Below the pieces are notes generated by a model that saw only the letters and a program-made list of their open reading frames with translations, ran no database searches and was not told the DNA's origin. Made by a program: the position numbers and the translations under genes. From NCBI GenBank assembly GCA_023920165.1, contig CP089276.1, forward strand, positions 1,984,001 to 2,048,000: a stretch of 64,000 nucleotides of DNA. Reading direction: 5' to 3'. Origin of the DNA: Curvularia clavata (lineage: Eukaryota). Position 1 is the first letter of the stretch. Every line of letters starts with the position of its first letter. Shown in pieces: positions 25,011 to 43,019 of this stretch.

Positions 25011-25871
25011 ATGGCATCTCTTTCTACAGAGTCTAACTTGTCCGCACCAACTAAACAGCTCGGAACCGTCACAGAGTCTTCGTCCGCTCAGTCGTTCGCC
25101 AGTGCAGCACCTCTCCCTGGCACAACTGAGCCAGCCACAGATCCAGCAGCTCTTCCTACCACAACAGAGACAATCACAGATCCAGCACCTCCGTCTACTC
25201 CAGCGGCACTTCCAGCTGTACCTTCGAAAACAACCTCGACCGTTCCAGAACCAGAGTCTCTGCCGATAACCGAGCCAGTATTGTCAGTACCTGCCATAGA
25301 ACCAGTGGCAACAGAACCTGCACCAGCTGTTCCCATAGCGCCTATTCCTCTAGCATCTCTGCAGACAGTAACCCTGCCAACTATACCAGTTGCCGTTCCC
25401 ACCGCAGGGATAGACGTACCACGGACGGTCTCTACTGCACAAGTGCCTGTAGCAGTACCAGCTGCTTCTCTGCCGGCCGGAACTCTGCCGACCATACCAG
25501 TGGCTGTTCCCACCTCAGGCAGTGCGTTACAGCTAGTCTCAACTACACAGTCACCTGTAGCTGTACCCTCGGCTAATTCCCTGCCTGCAACCATCACAGC
25601 AGTGCCTGAGACTCTGGCAAAGCCGGCATCTGCAATTGCTCCATCCATTGCAAAAACAACAAAGTGGGTTCACTTAACCCACTCTCTCGATACGCACGTA
25701 CTGACAGTACCCAGAACGATGCGCAAACGCGACATGATCAAATTAGTCCGGCCCATGCTCACAGTGGCACCCGAATGCTTTCCCATCCTGGTGCTGCTCG
25801 CTCAGAAGAATGCGGCAGGTACGAATATCAAGCCTATCATTGATCTCATGATCGCGGCTGCGGGTCCATGA
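25011..25871 (+). CDS. Pro/Thr/Ala-rich hypothetical protein with internal VPVAVP repeats
   Basis: 286-aa ORF with a probable in-frame 51-nt intron (25664-25714); TATAATAAA at ~24861. Confidence 0.5.
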   Translation: MASLSTESNLSAPTKQLGTVTESSSAQSFASAAPLPGTTEPATDPAALPTTTETITDPAPPSTPAALPAVPSKTTSTVPEPESLPITEPVLSVPAIEPVATEPAPAVPIAPIPLASLQTVTLPTIPVAVPTAGIDVPRTVSTAQVPVAVPAASLPAGTLPTIPVAVPTSGSALQLVSTTQSPVAVPSANSLPATITAVPETLAKPASAIAPSIAKTTKWVHLTHSLDTHVLTVPRTMRKRDMIKLVRPMLTVAPECFPILVLLAQKNAAGTNIKPIIDLMIAAAGP

Positions 25872-26386
25872 ATCTAGTTTGAAGACTGGTGTTTGGATTG
25901 GGGCTGCGAATTGCAGGTCTACCTTGCTCTGTGCTGTGCCTTGAGCGCTGCTGTTATCTTGTAGATTAACTGACTACGCTCGTTCCTACGACTATCACTA
26001 ATTGACTCTACCTCGCTCCTCCACTAGTCATCCACTCGTCTCTTCCAGTACATTGACCACGACTCTACTTGATAACCGCCTGACCCCTCGCTGTGGTTTC
26101 CAGACGCTTCTCGGTCGTCTACTAGCAGAGAGTGCATAAACTGTTCTTAAGCAGATACTGCTGCGTCTTTGCTCAGTCTTAAATGTGTCATCTCAGCCCC
26201 ATTACAAGGTAGAGAAACTGAAGCAAAGCAGAGAAGTGCATGCCGCCGCATTTGACTTGACCGTTCTTTGAATACTACGCGCATAGCACACAATCCTTCT
26301 CCTTGGCCTCGAATCTTACTCAGCTTCTCTTCATATCCCATTCTTCGAAGCCGACAAAAGCTCCATCATCCCATCTCATTCTCTAC

Positions 26387-26814
26387 TCATCCCCCGACCG
26401 CCCTCTCAACCAGCCCTCTCGCCTCCTCCAAAACCCTACTCAACTCCCCCCTCTTCTCTGCTTCCTTGACTTCAATATGCAACTTGAGCAGGTCCTTTGC
26501 GCGCTTGAGATCGAGATCCGAGTCGTCTTTAGGGTCTGCGTCAGCAGCCGCAGCGGCGCTGGTGGTAGCAGTGGTGGTTGTAGAGGAGGAATCGGAGCGA
26601 GCGGATACGAGAGCCAGGGCAGCGGCAGGGTCCTGTGGGATTTGTGAGTTCGGGTTTTGATCGAAGAGAATGAGAGATGGGAAAGGAGGGAGGGAAAGAT
26701 GGACATAGGTAAAGGACGAGTACGTACACAGACGCGTAGAGAGACGAGATCGGAGAGGATTTCGGCGAGTTGCATGGTGTTGTTATCTTTAGCTGAGACT
26801 GGGTCTTGTGCCAT
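26387..26814 (-). CDS. Small conserved fungal hypothetical protein (2 exons)
   Basis: QLAEILSDLVSLRVC|GTACGT..CAG|DPAAALALVSAR...DLKRAKDLLKLHIEVK...ARGLVERAVGG*. Confidence 0.7.
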
Positions 26815-27273
26815 TTTCCACGTTGCGCCTTAGTTGTTGTATCTTATTTCGGTGTTGGATTCGTCTCTTCCTCTCCCTGCTTTTTCTGGCTCTGGTGGTG
26901 TAGATAGGGTTGAGAGTATTTTTGTATCAAGCGCAAATGATCAAGGCCATTTGTTTTGGAAAAATAGGTTTGGGTAGAATGAGTTGAGGGTTCCAAGGGC
27001 AAGAATGTAATGTCTGTACTAGGGAAGCTCTGACGTTGCCCGACTTCTGTTCTGCCCCTCTGCCCCACGCAGCTCGTACCTAGCGTGTTTTCCGTGGAGA
27101 AGAGCTCAACCCCCCGCGTCAATTGCCGGGTGAGTGCTTTGCCGAAGTCGCGCGCAACGTCTTCCTAGCTAGCTATCTTTGTGCATCTTACTTTGCTTTT
27201 GACAATCTTTATATTTTGGTTGTATACTTCCTTGGAATAGTTGTATTGCAGAGGAATACTCAGTCAATTGACA

Positions 27274-28283
27274 ATGGCTAGTATACAAGCTATCAGGGCA
27301 AATTGCCGCAAGGTATGTGCTGTTCAGATCCGTGATCGGTCAGGGGGGATCCGTGGAGCATCTAAATAGGAAAAAGAGCTCAGGGAAACGCGATTGGGAT
27401 AGAAGGACGATCGCAGAATGAATGGGGTAAAGGACAAGAAGCACTTGCATTTTGCGACACTCAATGTTCATTAGGAATTGAGCTTGAAAAAAAAAGGACC
27501 TAGCTGGAAGCTGCGGGCGTGACTAACTTCTTCTCAAGGTAATGTGCATTGGCAGAAACTATGCCGATCACATCAAGGAGCTTTCAAGTGCGACACCCAA
27601 GCAGCCCTTCTTCTTTCTCAAGCCCCCGTCCTCTATTCTGCTTCCTGGGGCTGGACCGGTGCTGCGACCTCGGGGTGTGATCATGCACTATGAGGTTGAG
27701 CTGGGTCTCGTCATGGGCAAGACGATCAGGGATCTTCATCCAGAGGATACCAAGGGCGCGATGGACGCTATTGAGGGTATGTTAAACACAACATCTAAAT
27801 GCCTACCTGCGATCCACGATATTTCACAAGAACATACCGTTGACTTCTTCCGCAGGCTACATCCTCGCCATCGACATGACGGCGCGAAACGTGCAAGATG
27901 AGGCCAAGAGGAAAGGACTCCCGTGGTCCATCGCAAAGGGTTTCGATACCTTCATGCCCATCAGTAACTTTATTGCCAAGAACCGGATCCCGAACCCACA
28001 GGATGCTCATCTTTGGCTCTCGGTCAACAACGAGATGAAGCAGTCTGACAACACTGAACTGATGCTTTTCCGAATTCCACGACAGCTGAGCGATATCAGC
28101 AGAGTGATGACACTTGATAAGGGTGATATTGTCCTTACAGGTACTCCAAAGGGCGTAGGTCCAGTGAAGACTGGTGATATCATGCGTGCGGGTATCAAAG
28201 TTGATGGAAAGGATATTGAAGAGGCGAGCATGGAAGTACCAGTTGCAGACCGCGAGGGTTTGTATGAGTTTAGCGAGACATAG
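27274..28283 (+). CDS. FMP41: Fumarylacetoacetate hydrolase family protein (FAHD1/Fmp41-like), 3 exons
   Basis: NCRK|VMCIGRNYADHIKEL, FFFLKPPSS, HYEVELG, IDMTAR, KGLPWSIAKGFDTF, GDIVLTGTPKGVG. Confidence 0.9.
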
Positions 28284-28399
28284 GCGCCAGTATCTAGGTC
28301 TCTCCGTAGTGATATTAAGAAAGAGTACGAAAATGCACAAGCTCCTGGAGGACCTCCGAAGTATCAAAGTTTGGCGCCTTTTCTGCTGCTTTGCTTCAA

Positions 28400-30107
28400 T
28401 CACAGCTCATCGTAACAGTAGGAGTAACTGGCAGAGACCCGTTCCTGTGTAGCATTGATGTCCTCCTGGGCTCGCTGTCTAGGGCTAATTCTTACGATTA
28501 ATCGTTTCTGGCCTCTCGGGTTCATATTTGCTGGCGGTGGAGGTGCAGGGGTTGAGTTCCTCTTGCGGGAAGCAGCAGCCTTTGTCTTCCTAGAGTGCGT
28601 GTTTGTAGGGGCTGACTTTGCTGAGATCACGGGCTCTTGTTCACTCGGGTCTTCTTCTTTGCAATGATTCTGAGTGGCTCTGGTATTTCTACCAGCAGCC
28701 TGGCTCGCTCCAATGGTCTTGATTTTAGTCACAGGACGTTGCTTGGCAGGAGTAGCCTTGGTTTTCTTGCGAGGAGGGGATACTGGCTCGGTTTTCTGCG
28801 CCGGCTGAGTTTCTGAGGCAGCACTTGCTCCTGTTGTTACCTTCAGGTCTTCTCCCTTGGCTTGGTTTTTCTTGGCTTGTGATCTCGTCTGCCGTTGGGT
28901 CGGAGGCCCAGATTCAGGCTGCTTCCGTTTCCCTGGCGGTCCTCTCTCTACAAGCTGCGTTGGAAGAGCTTCACTGGTCGCAGCGTTGGCTTTGGAACGA
29001 CCACGAGTTTGGCACTGAGTTGCAAGTGCAGGTGCAGGCACAGGTACAGGCGTAGGTGTGGGTAAAGGTGCAGGTGCAGTTGTAGGCTCATTATGCCAAT
29101 GTTTCCTGGAAACAAGCTGTGTAGGCAGCGGAGAACTGTGATAGAGACTAGGACCTGGTTCTTCATTTGGTGGCGGTTGTGCATTTTCCTCATCCATATG
29201 CCGTGGTAACTTTGCATCGTGAATTGATGGCCGTTGTAAGAGTCTCCGTCGAGCTGAGATGATTGAATGGCTATTAGTAGGAGGTGATATATGAGTGCTA
29301 CCAGGGTCTCTACACTGTCTTTCAGTAACATGTTCAGCGACTGTCGTATTATCGAGTTACTCACGTTTCTTGCACCTCAAGACTTTGAGGAACTTGAATC
29401 TCTTCTTGCATGGGCACCCCTGGGATCAGGCGCGGAAATACGCTTTCCTCAGGGTCAGGCTCGACTGTTGAATCTGATACTCCAGCGTCCAATCTCTTGG
29501 GTAGCATCAGTCCTTCCTCAACTCCTCTCCTTGACTCCAGCCCCGTCCTTGACCGCAGAGAATTAGAAGCATCGCTTTCCCGCGTAGACCTAAGACATTC
29601 TACTTCTCTTTCCAGGCCTTGGATACGTTCCGCATCATCTCTCCTATCGTGCTCAAAAGCATCAAGGCGGCGAAATACATCCTCAATGCTCACATTATCC
29701 TCCAGGAGTCTCGCCATACCCTCCGCCACGAGCGATACTTTGGTCTCGAGCTCACTCTGCTTCTGCCTCAGATTCTCATTTGTGTCAACGAACGTATTTA
29801 GCCGGGTTGTTTGGGCAGATGCCCACTCTGAAAAGGCTTCGTTGTCTACTTTCGCCTTGATACCGGTAAGCCAATCTTCCAAGTCACCGATTCGTGCTGC
29901 AGCAGCTTCAACAGCCTCTGCAACGGTCTCAATGGCTCGTATTCGAGCATCGTAGCCGTCGTGTTGTTTCTGGAGCGCACGCATCTCTGTGAGTAGGTGC
30001 GCATGTTGCTTCTTCATCTCGGGGCCCCAAAGCAGTACTTCGGCCGAAGAAAAAGACATGCGTGAAGGACCGGCATCGTTGGCCGTACTGGGCCGGTGCG
30101 ACATCAT
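28400..30107 (-). CDS. Hypothetical protein with N-terminal coiled coil and basic low-complexity C-terminus, multi-exon
   Basis: Consecutive same-strand ORFs 29361-30107 (EVLLWGPEMKKQHAHLL) and 28400-29197 with splice signals between them. Confidence 0.6.
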
Positions 30108-30404
30108 GTGAAGGACGGTAGGTATGCTCGAGGGCGGGAGCAGGCGAATTGACAGTGGCGGTGGTGAAGTGCAAGGGGCAAAGAATGGAGCAGACCTACA
30201 GAGTTCAGGTAAGCCTCAGATGGCAACTTGTGCTCGGTCTAGATGAAAGAGGCATGTGCGTCACTGGGTGCGACTTCCTCCTGTAGTCTCAGCCAACAAC
30301 CTCCGCACTTCAAATCATTATCACCTGAGAACTATCACGCCGCGAGTGAAGTAAATCTTTCTTATTGCATGCTACCTACTAAGTGCCTCTTACCTCACAC
30401 TACC

Positions 30405-32731
30405 TCAAACAGTCCGCTTCGGCCCTTTCGGTGCATCTGCCACATCATCTCTCTTCATGATGCGGATCTTTGCGTCCTTGGTGTCTGGGTCTGACTCTGA
30501 TTCCTTTGCCCGCTCGGCGACGCTCTTGTCATAACTACTCGGGTCGATACCAAGAATACCACCGACGTTGTTGCGGTCTCCGGGTACGGAGAACTCGCGG
30601 AAAGCATATCTCCACTCATTTAAGAAAGCCCGGATAGCCTTTCCGACCTTGTCCTTGCCATTTTTGGAATGGTGACCAGTACCAGTTATGGCGTAAACTG
30701 GACGGGAAGAGGAACTATGCTTCAGCAGAATACCCTCAAGATAGGATACCGACTCGTCTGGATGCAGACCTGTCGAGTATCAGAAGCGATTCTGTAAAGG
30801 TTTTGACAAAGGCAGATACGTACCGTGAAGATCAACATACAGCTCTTTTGAGTCGTCATTGTCCTTGTTGCGCTCTTCGTATAGGATGCGGGCAGCTTCG
30901 CGGTGAGCCTCACGCATCAGGTTGTTCTCGCTCTGCCCCCTAAGACTAAGAGCTTTAGCCGCGCGCGAGTCGCTGCGGTTCCAAGCCTGAGCAGCACTAA
31001 TGCTTGTCAGTCTGTTCATCCTAGTTGATTCGTAATGCTTACCTCTGCAGGAACTTGTTGCGCAGACTACCATGCTTGAACGCTTCGGCACGAGCGTCGA
31101 GATAGGCCTGATTGCCTTTTTCTCCCGTCACTAGCCAAGGGATGTGCTGAGGGGCAGGTATCGCCTGTGCAGCCACACTGTTCTCACGAGATCCGTTGAA
31201 ACTCTTAGCCGGTCTCAGGGCCTTTCGAACTGGAGTTGCAGGAGCTGGCGAAGGCGACATGCGGACAACATCTGCTAGGCTGTTCGGTCCCGGGGTATCC
31301 TTGTTATGAGCACCCCGCTTTCCGTGGTGTCGCTTCCCGGGCTTCACAGCAACAGCAGCGCCTAGAGCAGGGAAAGCATCTTTGTCGTCGACTGCGAGTA
31401 CAGAAGGTGTGGCTGCACGAGACGTTTGACGGCTGCCTGTCCTTGACTGCGGGCGACTTCCACCTCCAGGTGTGAAATTAGCATATGGACTCAGACCAGG
31501 TGGGGGCCGTGTAGGCCCACCGCTTGTGAAGCCATAAAGCTGCTCTAGTGAGGTTGCTTCAGAAGTTGATATTGACGGTGTGCCCAGAGGAGAGCCGCTG
31601 TACTGAAGGGAGGGAAATTCATAGTCAGACATTTGGAAATTGGGTAGGGGTGAGGTGCCAGCGTCCGAGATGGCCATCCGAGCCATGAGAGCAGAAGGGT
31701 CATGAGAGAACAGGCAGGTATCCCCGGCTAGACAATTACCGTTGAGAAAATACCTGGATTGCATGTTAGCGTTGGGACAAGCCTACGCAGAGACCTTATA
31801 CCTACTTGCACAGAGTCTTGCTGGTGTCATGGGCGAATCGACAATCTGCTCTAGCGCAATGTCCGTTGGATAAAAAGTACTTGCATACAACATTGCTCTT
31901 TTGCTGGCCAATTGGGGTAGCAGGTCTAAAGGTCGGAGCCATGGACTTTCCGATTACGTATCCAGTATGCTCAGGAGGGGCAGCGGGAAGCTGCGAAGTC
32001 TCCATCTGCTGGCCCATCAACGCAAGCAGAGCAGCACTGAGGTCGTAGCCATTGGCCTCGAGGACCTTTTCAAGCTCCTCGTCTGATCGGTCGTCGCGCA
32101 GTATTGATCTCAGCATGTCATAGGGACCCATATCCATAGTCTGGGGCTGTACCCATTCGGCGGCTGCACCGTTGAGCGTGCCGTCACCCATGTACGACGA
32201 CTCTGTACTGGCCACATCCTCATTGACCAGCCAATCTACTGAGTGTGTATCCAGGTCATTATAGGATTCTGTGTTTGGACTTGCGCATTCGCTGAATTGA
32301 TATGCGCTCAAGCTCGGACTGTGAGGGATATGGGGGGTTGAAAAAGCAAGCCGCGGCGAGGGTCGAGGGGAAGTAAAGGGAGACGCAGTGGACGATTTTG
32401 TTCGCGCGAAGCCAGGCGGGGCTATACCGAAGCCTGGGGGAGGGTGTACCATGCGCGGAGAGTTGTTGACTGGGGTCGGGGCGCGGTTGGCCTGCCATGG
32501 AGCTGGTGATGGACGACGGATGACGGTATGGCGGCTGGGAGGAGAGCTGGATGAGCTGCCGGCGTCGCGATAACGCCAGAGACAATCAAGGACAATGTTC
32601 TCGAGAGACTTGCCCGTGAGGTTAGTCTCCTTGCGCATCAGCTCCTCGAGCTTGTCCGTCTTGTCCTCATCGTCCAAGGCATCATCCTGCAGCACCGGCA
32701 GTGCCTTTTCATACAAGTCGTCTGCGACCAT
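30405..32731 (-). CDS. CCCH zinc-finger and Smr-domain protein, multi-exon
   Basis: CKYFLSNGHCARADCRFAH, CK|YFLNGNCLAGDTCLFSH; Smr motifs YVDLHG and YAITGTGHHSKNGKDK. Confidence 0.88.
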
Positions 32732-33695
32732 GGCGAGGGTTGGAGAGATTGTGGGAGGCCGAGCGGTGAGCGGTGGCGCGTAGGATGAGGTCGAGACAGG
32801 AGGCTGCCGGGCTGATTAAGTACTGCGTCTATTGGCAGAGCGACCTGCGCGTTTAGAGATCAAACAACGGCAAGTGCAAGAGGGCGTCCCGCAGCCTTTG
32901 GTGTGCACGACACACGGGAGTGCGCCGAGAGGGCGGAGTCAATGAATGCCTGGAGGGCGATTGCGAGCGCGAATGAAGCTCAAGGGACTAGACTCAGGGC
33001 GCTCAACTACGTAGGGGTGGGGGCGCTGCCCGTGCAGAGGACCATACAGCGACTGTAATCCCGGCAATGGCAGTCTACATAGCCTTGGTTAGTGAGTAGA
33101 CTTGAGTAGACTTGCTGGGCGAGAGACGGTTGGGCTGCTATGGCGTACAAGTGTGGACAAAAGGAGACGAAGCTGCTACATATGCCTCAGCGTCGTCTTG
33201 GAATAGGGCAACGGGGCGCCACAGGCTGAGGCTGGAAGCAGTCACGTGTAGGCCCACGATGTCCCTTGGTTGCACCGCCGCTGAAACCCAGAAGCTCTCT
33301 GCATGTTTACGCAGAACAAAGCCCTATGTGCTCTCCGAAACCAGCACCTTGTCGCACAGGGTTTCCGCCACGCCGCGACCCCAGCGCAGTCACGGCGCTT
33401 CTCACCTCGTCTGCCCGCCTAATGCAGGGCGGATGCGGCGGTGCTCATCTTTCGTCCGCCCGGCATGACGATGAAACCAGTTGGCCAGCACTAGCATTAG
33501 CATCTTACCTACACCAACAGCCTCGACTCTTCTGTCACAACACCCGGAATGTCCCTTTCCACCTATTTCCAGTAGCAATTCTTCCCTCCATCGCCTCTCC
33601 TTTCTTCCTTCCTTCCTTCCTTCCATCCATCCTATTTCCCTTAGCTCCGCATACGTCCGTGTCGCCCCAGCTCCACAACCAAGGCGCCAGCCAAC

Positions 33696-34898
33696 ATGCC
33701 GGCGACCGACTATGATGTGCGCGCTCTTGCGCTTCCGCTCGAGGACGAAGAGACGGGTGAGACGCCCATATGGAGTCGACGGCCGCAATCATCTACATTC
33801 CGGCGCAGCGCCTCGCACAACAGCCAGCAGACCACATGGCGGCAACGCGCATTCGACAACTACCACAAACTCTCTCGACGGGCCTTGGACCAGTACAACA
33901 AGCTTTCACCTGTGCAGAAAGTGCTATTTGTAGCGGGCAATGTGGTATTGGCCGTTGGCGGCATACTGTTCCTCATCTTCAATGAGCGGATATTCGGCGC
34001 CCTGTTGCCTCTGGCCAAGAAGTGGAGAGACGTTACTGCGGGATGGCTGATAATCTGGGCTCTGATATTTGTCGTCAGTTTCCCGCCTTTGATAGGCTAC
34101 TCTAGTCTCCTTACCATTGCTGGGTTTGTATATGGCTTTCCAAATGGGTGGGTCTTAGCAATTGACAATAGGTGATGCCCAACAACGCTGACTCGACTCA
34201 GTTGGTTCATATCCGCGACTGCGACGGTTGCCGGCAGCACTGCATCCTTTCTCCTTTCGCGCACCCTCCTCAAATCTATGGTCCACCGCCTTGTAGCAAA
34301 CGACACGCGCTTCGCTGCCCTGTCCCTGACCCTCAAACACGACGGGCTGAAGCTGCTCGTCATGTACCGCCTGTGCCCGCTACCCTACTCCATCTCCAAC
34401 GGCGCCGTCGCCACCTTTCCCACCGTACACTGGGCTTCGTATGCTCTGGCCACCGCCATTGTATCGCCCAAGCTGATGCTCCATATCTTCATCGGCAGCC
34501 AGCTAGAGAAGATTGCAGAGAGTGGAGGTAAGATGGACATACGCACAAAGGCTCTGTCCTACATGTCTATCCTCATTGGTCTTATTGCAGGCGTGACCAC
34601 TGGCTGGCTCGTCTACCGCAAGACCAAGGCCCGCGCCGCACAGCTAGAGGCAGAAGAGCGTGCTGGCGTCCGGCGTGTCAGCATTGAAGACTTGGAGAAT
34701 GAGTATCATGACGACCCGGGAGCGCTGGAAGCTGCCGAGCGGTTACGAGAGGAGGATGATGATATTAGTCTGAGGACTGCTTGGGAAGACGAGTACCATG
34801 ACGAGCCTCCTGAAACGGGCGATGCCATTGAAATCGGCGACGACCCTTTCAAGGACGGCGATGTGAGTGAAACGGACCAGGATCGAGAAGACAAGTAG
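33696..34898 (+). CDS. TVP38: Tlg2-vesicle protein TVP38/TMEM64 (SNARE-associated, DedA-like), 2 exons
   Basis: SFPPLIGYS, GFVYGFPNGW, LLVMYRLCPLPYSISN, SPKLMLHIFIGS. Confidence 0.88.
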
Positions 34899-35289
34899 GC
34901 TTGGTAAAGGCTTGGTAGAGACTTGGTACATGGACTGAGGACTTTTGCATACTTAGACACGAGTAACCATGTTGAACAATACACGACTCAATCATCACGC
35001 AGCACTCGTAACAGGAAACATTCATTGCCATTTACTATCATTTGTCCATAAGCAAGAGCACTGACTGGGAATCACAAGGCATAGTCATGTAGTCACAGAC
35101 GGAGGATCAAGCAGGCTGCGTCAGCCATCGGTCATGTTAGGGAAAAAGAACATATCTTCCATATTGAGACACGGCTGATGGTGAAGACGCATCTCCTATT
35201 ATACATCTATTCTCATGAACCAATCAGCGCTTTTTGGCCCCTTAGAAACTGTCGAATAGACCGTACCCTCTGTCCACCCATCACCCTAC

Positions 35290-39588
<4,299 letters not shown>

Positions 39589-39920
39589 GGCTGCAGCTGC
39601 TCAAGAGACTAATTCGGTAGCTCTGCAACCAATTGAGATTGATGCAGGTATGGAAGAGGGGAGATGTTGATGGAGTTGAGGAAGGAGCTCTGCTGTGAGG
39701 AAGAAAGTCCTGCGGTTCGGGAGGAAAGCGCGGACCTTGGCGTCGACCACTAATCCTAAAAAAGCCGATTCTCAACCGAGCTCCAACTTTACAACGACAT
39801 TGACGTTTGGTCTGGAGTGCGTTTGCGGGGTCAACGGTAAGTCTAATCATGTCTAAAAATGTCAATTGAGTGGCTGAGATACGGCGTGCCCTCTGACGAT
39901 TGTGAGCAATGGGCTACTGT

Positions 39921-39981
39921 GCTCATGTTGAACACAGCTCATGTTGAACACAGCTCATGTTGAACACAGCTCATGTTGAAC
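39921..39981. repeat. Perfect 16-bp tandem repeat (GCTCATGTTGAACACA) x ~3.8
   Basis: Read directly, upstream of ATP1. Confidence 0.95.
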
Positions 39982-40323
39982 GCAACTCACTTTACGTGGG
40001 AGCTGTCTTATCGATTGGTCTTCACCTGTCTGTACAACATTCAATTTCGACAAGCCAGCCAATTTATAAATCTCCAAAAAATATACATTCAACTGCCAAC
40101 CAACTCAAAATACACAACAATCTAGAGTGGTATCCTACGTTTTGCAACCATGTAAAACAACTCCACATACGCCTTGCACCATGCAATGCCATCTTCTGCA
40201 GTATCTTTACAGTACGCGTGCATCTTGAGAAAGTGCCGGTCGAGCGCTTCGTCTTATTACCATGGGTAGGCCGCCACTACATTTCGCTTGATGCTGACCA
40301 TGTCATCCATCTCAGGTATTGGT

Positions 40324-41055
40324 TTATTTCGCAGAGCCATTCTGGGCCTTGTCCTTGCCCTTTTTGAACTTTTGAATCTCCTGCTCCACAGCCTGGTCTA
40401 TCCGACGCTTCAACTCCGGGCGGTAGCCGAGCTTGAAGAGAATCTCGAACCAGACAAAGAATGGGGCGAGGAATATAGCTTGCACGAGATTGTCTAACAA
40501 AGCTGGTGCCCTTCCCTCAAACTTTCCGTGTCCAACGAACTGCGCAATCCAGCATGCAATGTTGATCGCGCCAGCCCAGGAGTTGACGGCCATGCCATAC
40601 TCAGATGTGAGATGGTTCGCATACGCAGTGCCGCCAATGAGTATCGGAGCAATCATGGCTCCTGCGACGGGCTCCATCAGGATGTACAGGGTCGAGTAGA
40701 GTACAGCTGTGGCGGTGCCGACGTTGAGCGGGAGATTGGGCACAGAGAGCCATGAGGGCAGCGGAACAGCCGGCGTGTTAGTGAGCTGTGGTCGTATTAG
40801 TGGGGCTTATGTGGTGACATTTCAGGGGCCGTACAAGTAGGAGAGACGTCAATAGGATCGGGGGCACGCAAAGTATGTGTATCCCCACGTTGACCTGATG
40901 GGCAGCGCATTAGCTGACATGTGAAAATGGACCTTGGTGGATAGGCCTACTTTGTTATGGTGATATGATCCATACTGCTCTCCAGTTAGCTAGGCCCAGA
41001 TACTGGCTGAAGAATGACGTACAAAGACCAGTTGTTTCTCCAGGTTCAGAGACAT
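40324..41055 (-). CDS. MPO1: DUF962/Mpo1 family 2-hydroxy fatty acid dioxygenase, multi-exon
   Basis: MSLNLEKQLVF|YGSYHHNK|VNVGIHILCVPP...WIAQFVGHGKFEGRAPALLDNLVQAIFLAPFFVWFE. Confidence 0.88.
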
Positions 41056-41721
41056 GGTTCCGGATGCGGAGCTTGAGCGCGTGCTGAGGTTGCGAGGGGC
41101 GGTTAGGGGACTAAATCATGTCGTGATGACGGGCGGATGCGAGGCTCGACGAATTGCGGGGAATCAAGGCAACGTCCGTGGAAGCCCGAGAAAGTGCGGA
41201 TGGCGCAGAGTGAACGTATCACGACATGGGTGTGTGGGGGTGCGCAAGCTGGCAGGTGGGAGTCTGGTCACTGCTTCGCCTTGGCGAATGATTTTCCGCG
41301 CCGAGAATGCTGTAGCCCTGCAGGAGCTCGACGCTCAGGTCACAGCATTCGACTGTCCTTCCAGCCCTCCTCCTCACTACGCCATATCTGCTACAACTGT
41401 ATCTTCCGACTACCACCACTGGCGCGCATACACTGCAGACTGTGCGCATGGGCTGCTGGATATAAGAACTAGGGTTGGCTTGCAGGCCGAGGGCGCGTCT
41501 CGCAGAAACACGCGCGCTGCCTACACTACGCACTGTCGACTCTTCACTGGGCCCGTCAGAATAAAGACATTAGAGTCGCATAGTTTCAAGGAGACCCGTC
41601 TGGCTTTCCTCACCTTCTACCACCGTCTACCGTCCCACCGTGCTTCTCCATCTATATCTTCCAAGAAAACCGCGTCCATCTACGTTCTCTTGCCCGCTGC
41701 GTCAGTCGCATAACGCACAAC

Positions 41722-42391
41722 ATGTTTTTCCTCAAAGAACTCGAGAAGACAATCCAGCTGCATCCGTCATACTTTGGCCCCCTCATTCGCCAGCACATCC
41801 ACCGCGAGCTGCTGCAAAAAGAGGAGGGCTCGAGCACGGGCAAGTACACCATAGTGTGCATCCTGGACTCGTTCGATATCTCCGATGGCAAAGTCATGCC
41901 CGGCTCCGGCTCTGCGGAGTATGTCGTACATTACAAAGCAGTTGTATGGAGGCCGTACAAGGGCGAGGTGGTATGTGCAAATCACGGGATGCGACAATGG
42001 AATACGCAGCTAACTATGTCAAGATGGATGGTATCGTCACCTCAGTACTCCGCACAGGCTTCTTTGTAGACTGCGGCTCTCTGCAAGCATTCGTAGGACG
42101 CAGTGTAAATCCCTCCCTCCTTGCGCGCCTACCTACCCATTGACACAGGACAGATGATCCCCGCCGAAATCAAGTTTGACGCAAACGCCACGCCGCCGCA
42201 GTGGACCGACGACGGAGAACAGGTGATTGAGAAGGGTACCAACATTCGCATCAAGATCAAGGGTCTGAGGTCTGAGGTCGATAAAATGTACGCTGTGGGC
42301 ACCATGAAGGAGGTAAGAACAGTCCGAACTAGTCACAATGAGCACCAACTCAGCCAAACTACAGGATTACCTTGGCCCGCTGCCGTCTTAG
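41722..42391 (+). CDS. RPB7: RNA polymerase II subunit RPB7 (4 exons)
   Basis: MFFLKELEKTIQLHPSYFGP, AVVWRPYKGEV, AVGTMKE|DYLGPL. Confidence 0.93.
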
Positions 42392-43019
42392 TCTGGCAAA
42401 AAGGCAAAATCCAAGGGTGGCAAAGCAAGCTCCGTTGGCGCGAATGGCCTCGACTCAAACTGTACAGAGACTCATCCCAAAGACCAGTCAACACCTTCTG
42501 ATTCCGACCCTCCCACTCATGATTGTGCGATTCAGCCACCATCTTGAATTCGAGTAGTCTTTCGGTCAGATCACTACAAAACAGATGACACATTTCTTCA
42601 CAAATTGGCTACGACTGCACCGACGTGAGAAAGCCGCAAGGGCTCGGCTTGCTATCACTTCAAGCAGGAGGGATACCAGTTCCAAAGTTGGTTAGAAAAG
42701 GAATAGGCTCGAATCACATTGTTCCAAATATGTCCCAGTCTGGACTTTAATAGAAATATATTTCTTGGTTTCTTTTGTGTCGCTAGTGAATGTTCCGCCC
42801 CTTAGACCAGAGGATGGCTTGGTACGTTTCGGCCACCATCAGCTCTTACACCTCCGCATCCGCTCCGCACTTACCTCCGCGTGGCAGTATAACCCCCTAC
42901 CCGCTCCTTTCCGGCGCATACCATTTTGGCACGTGTCAAACGTTCGCCTATATTGCTGTATCACCAGAATGCGTTGATTGTGCAAGTTTCCTTATTTTCT
43001 CTAAACCCGAGCCATCACG

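Noticed and set aside
27313..27538. Possible snoRNA in the long first intron of FMP41
   Set aside because: No convincing C/D or H/ACA box arrangement was seen.
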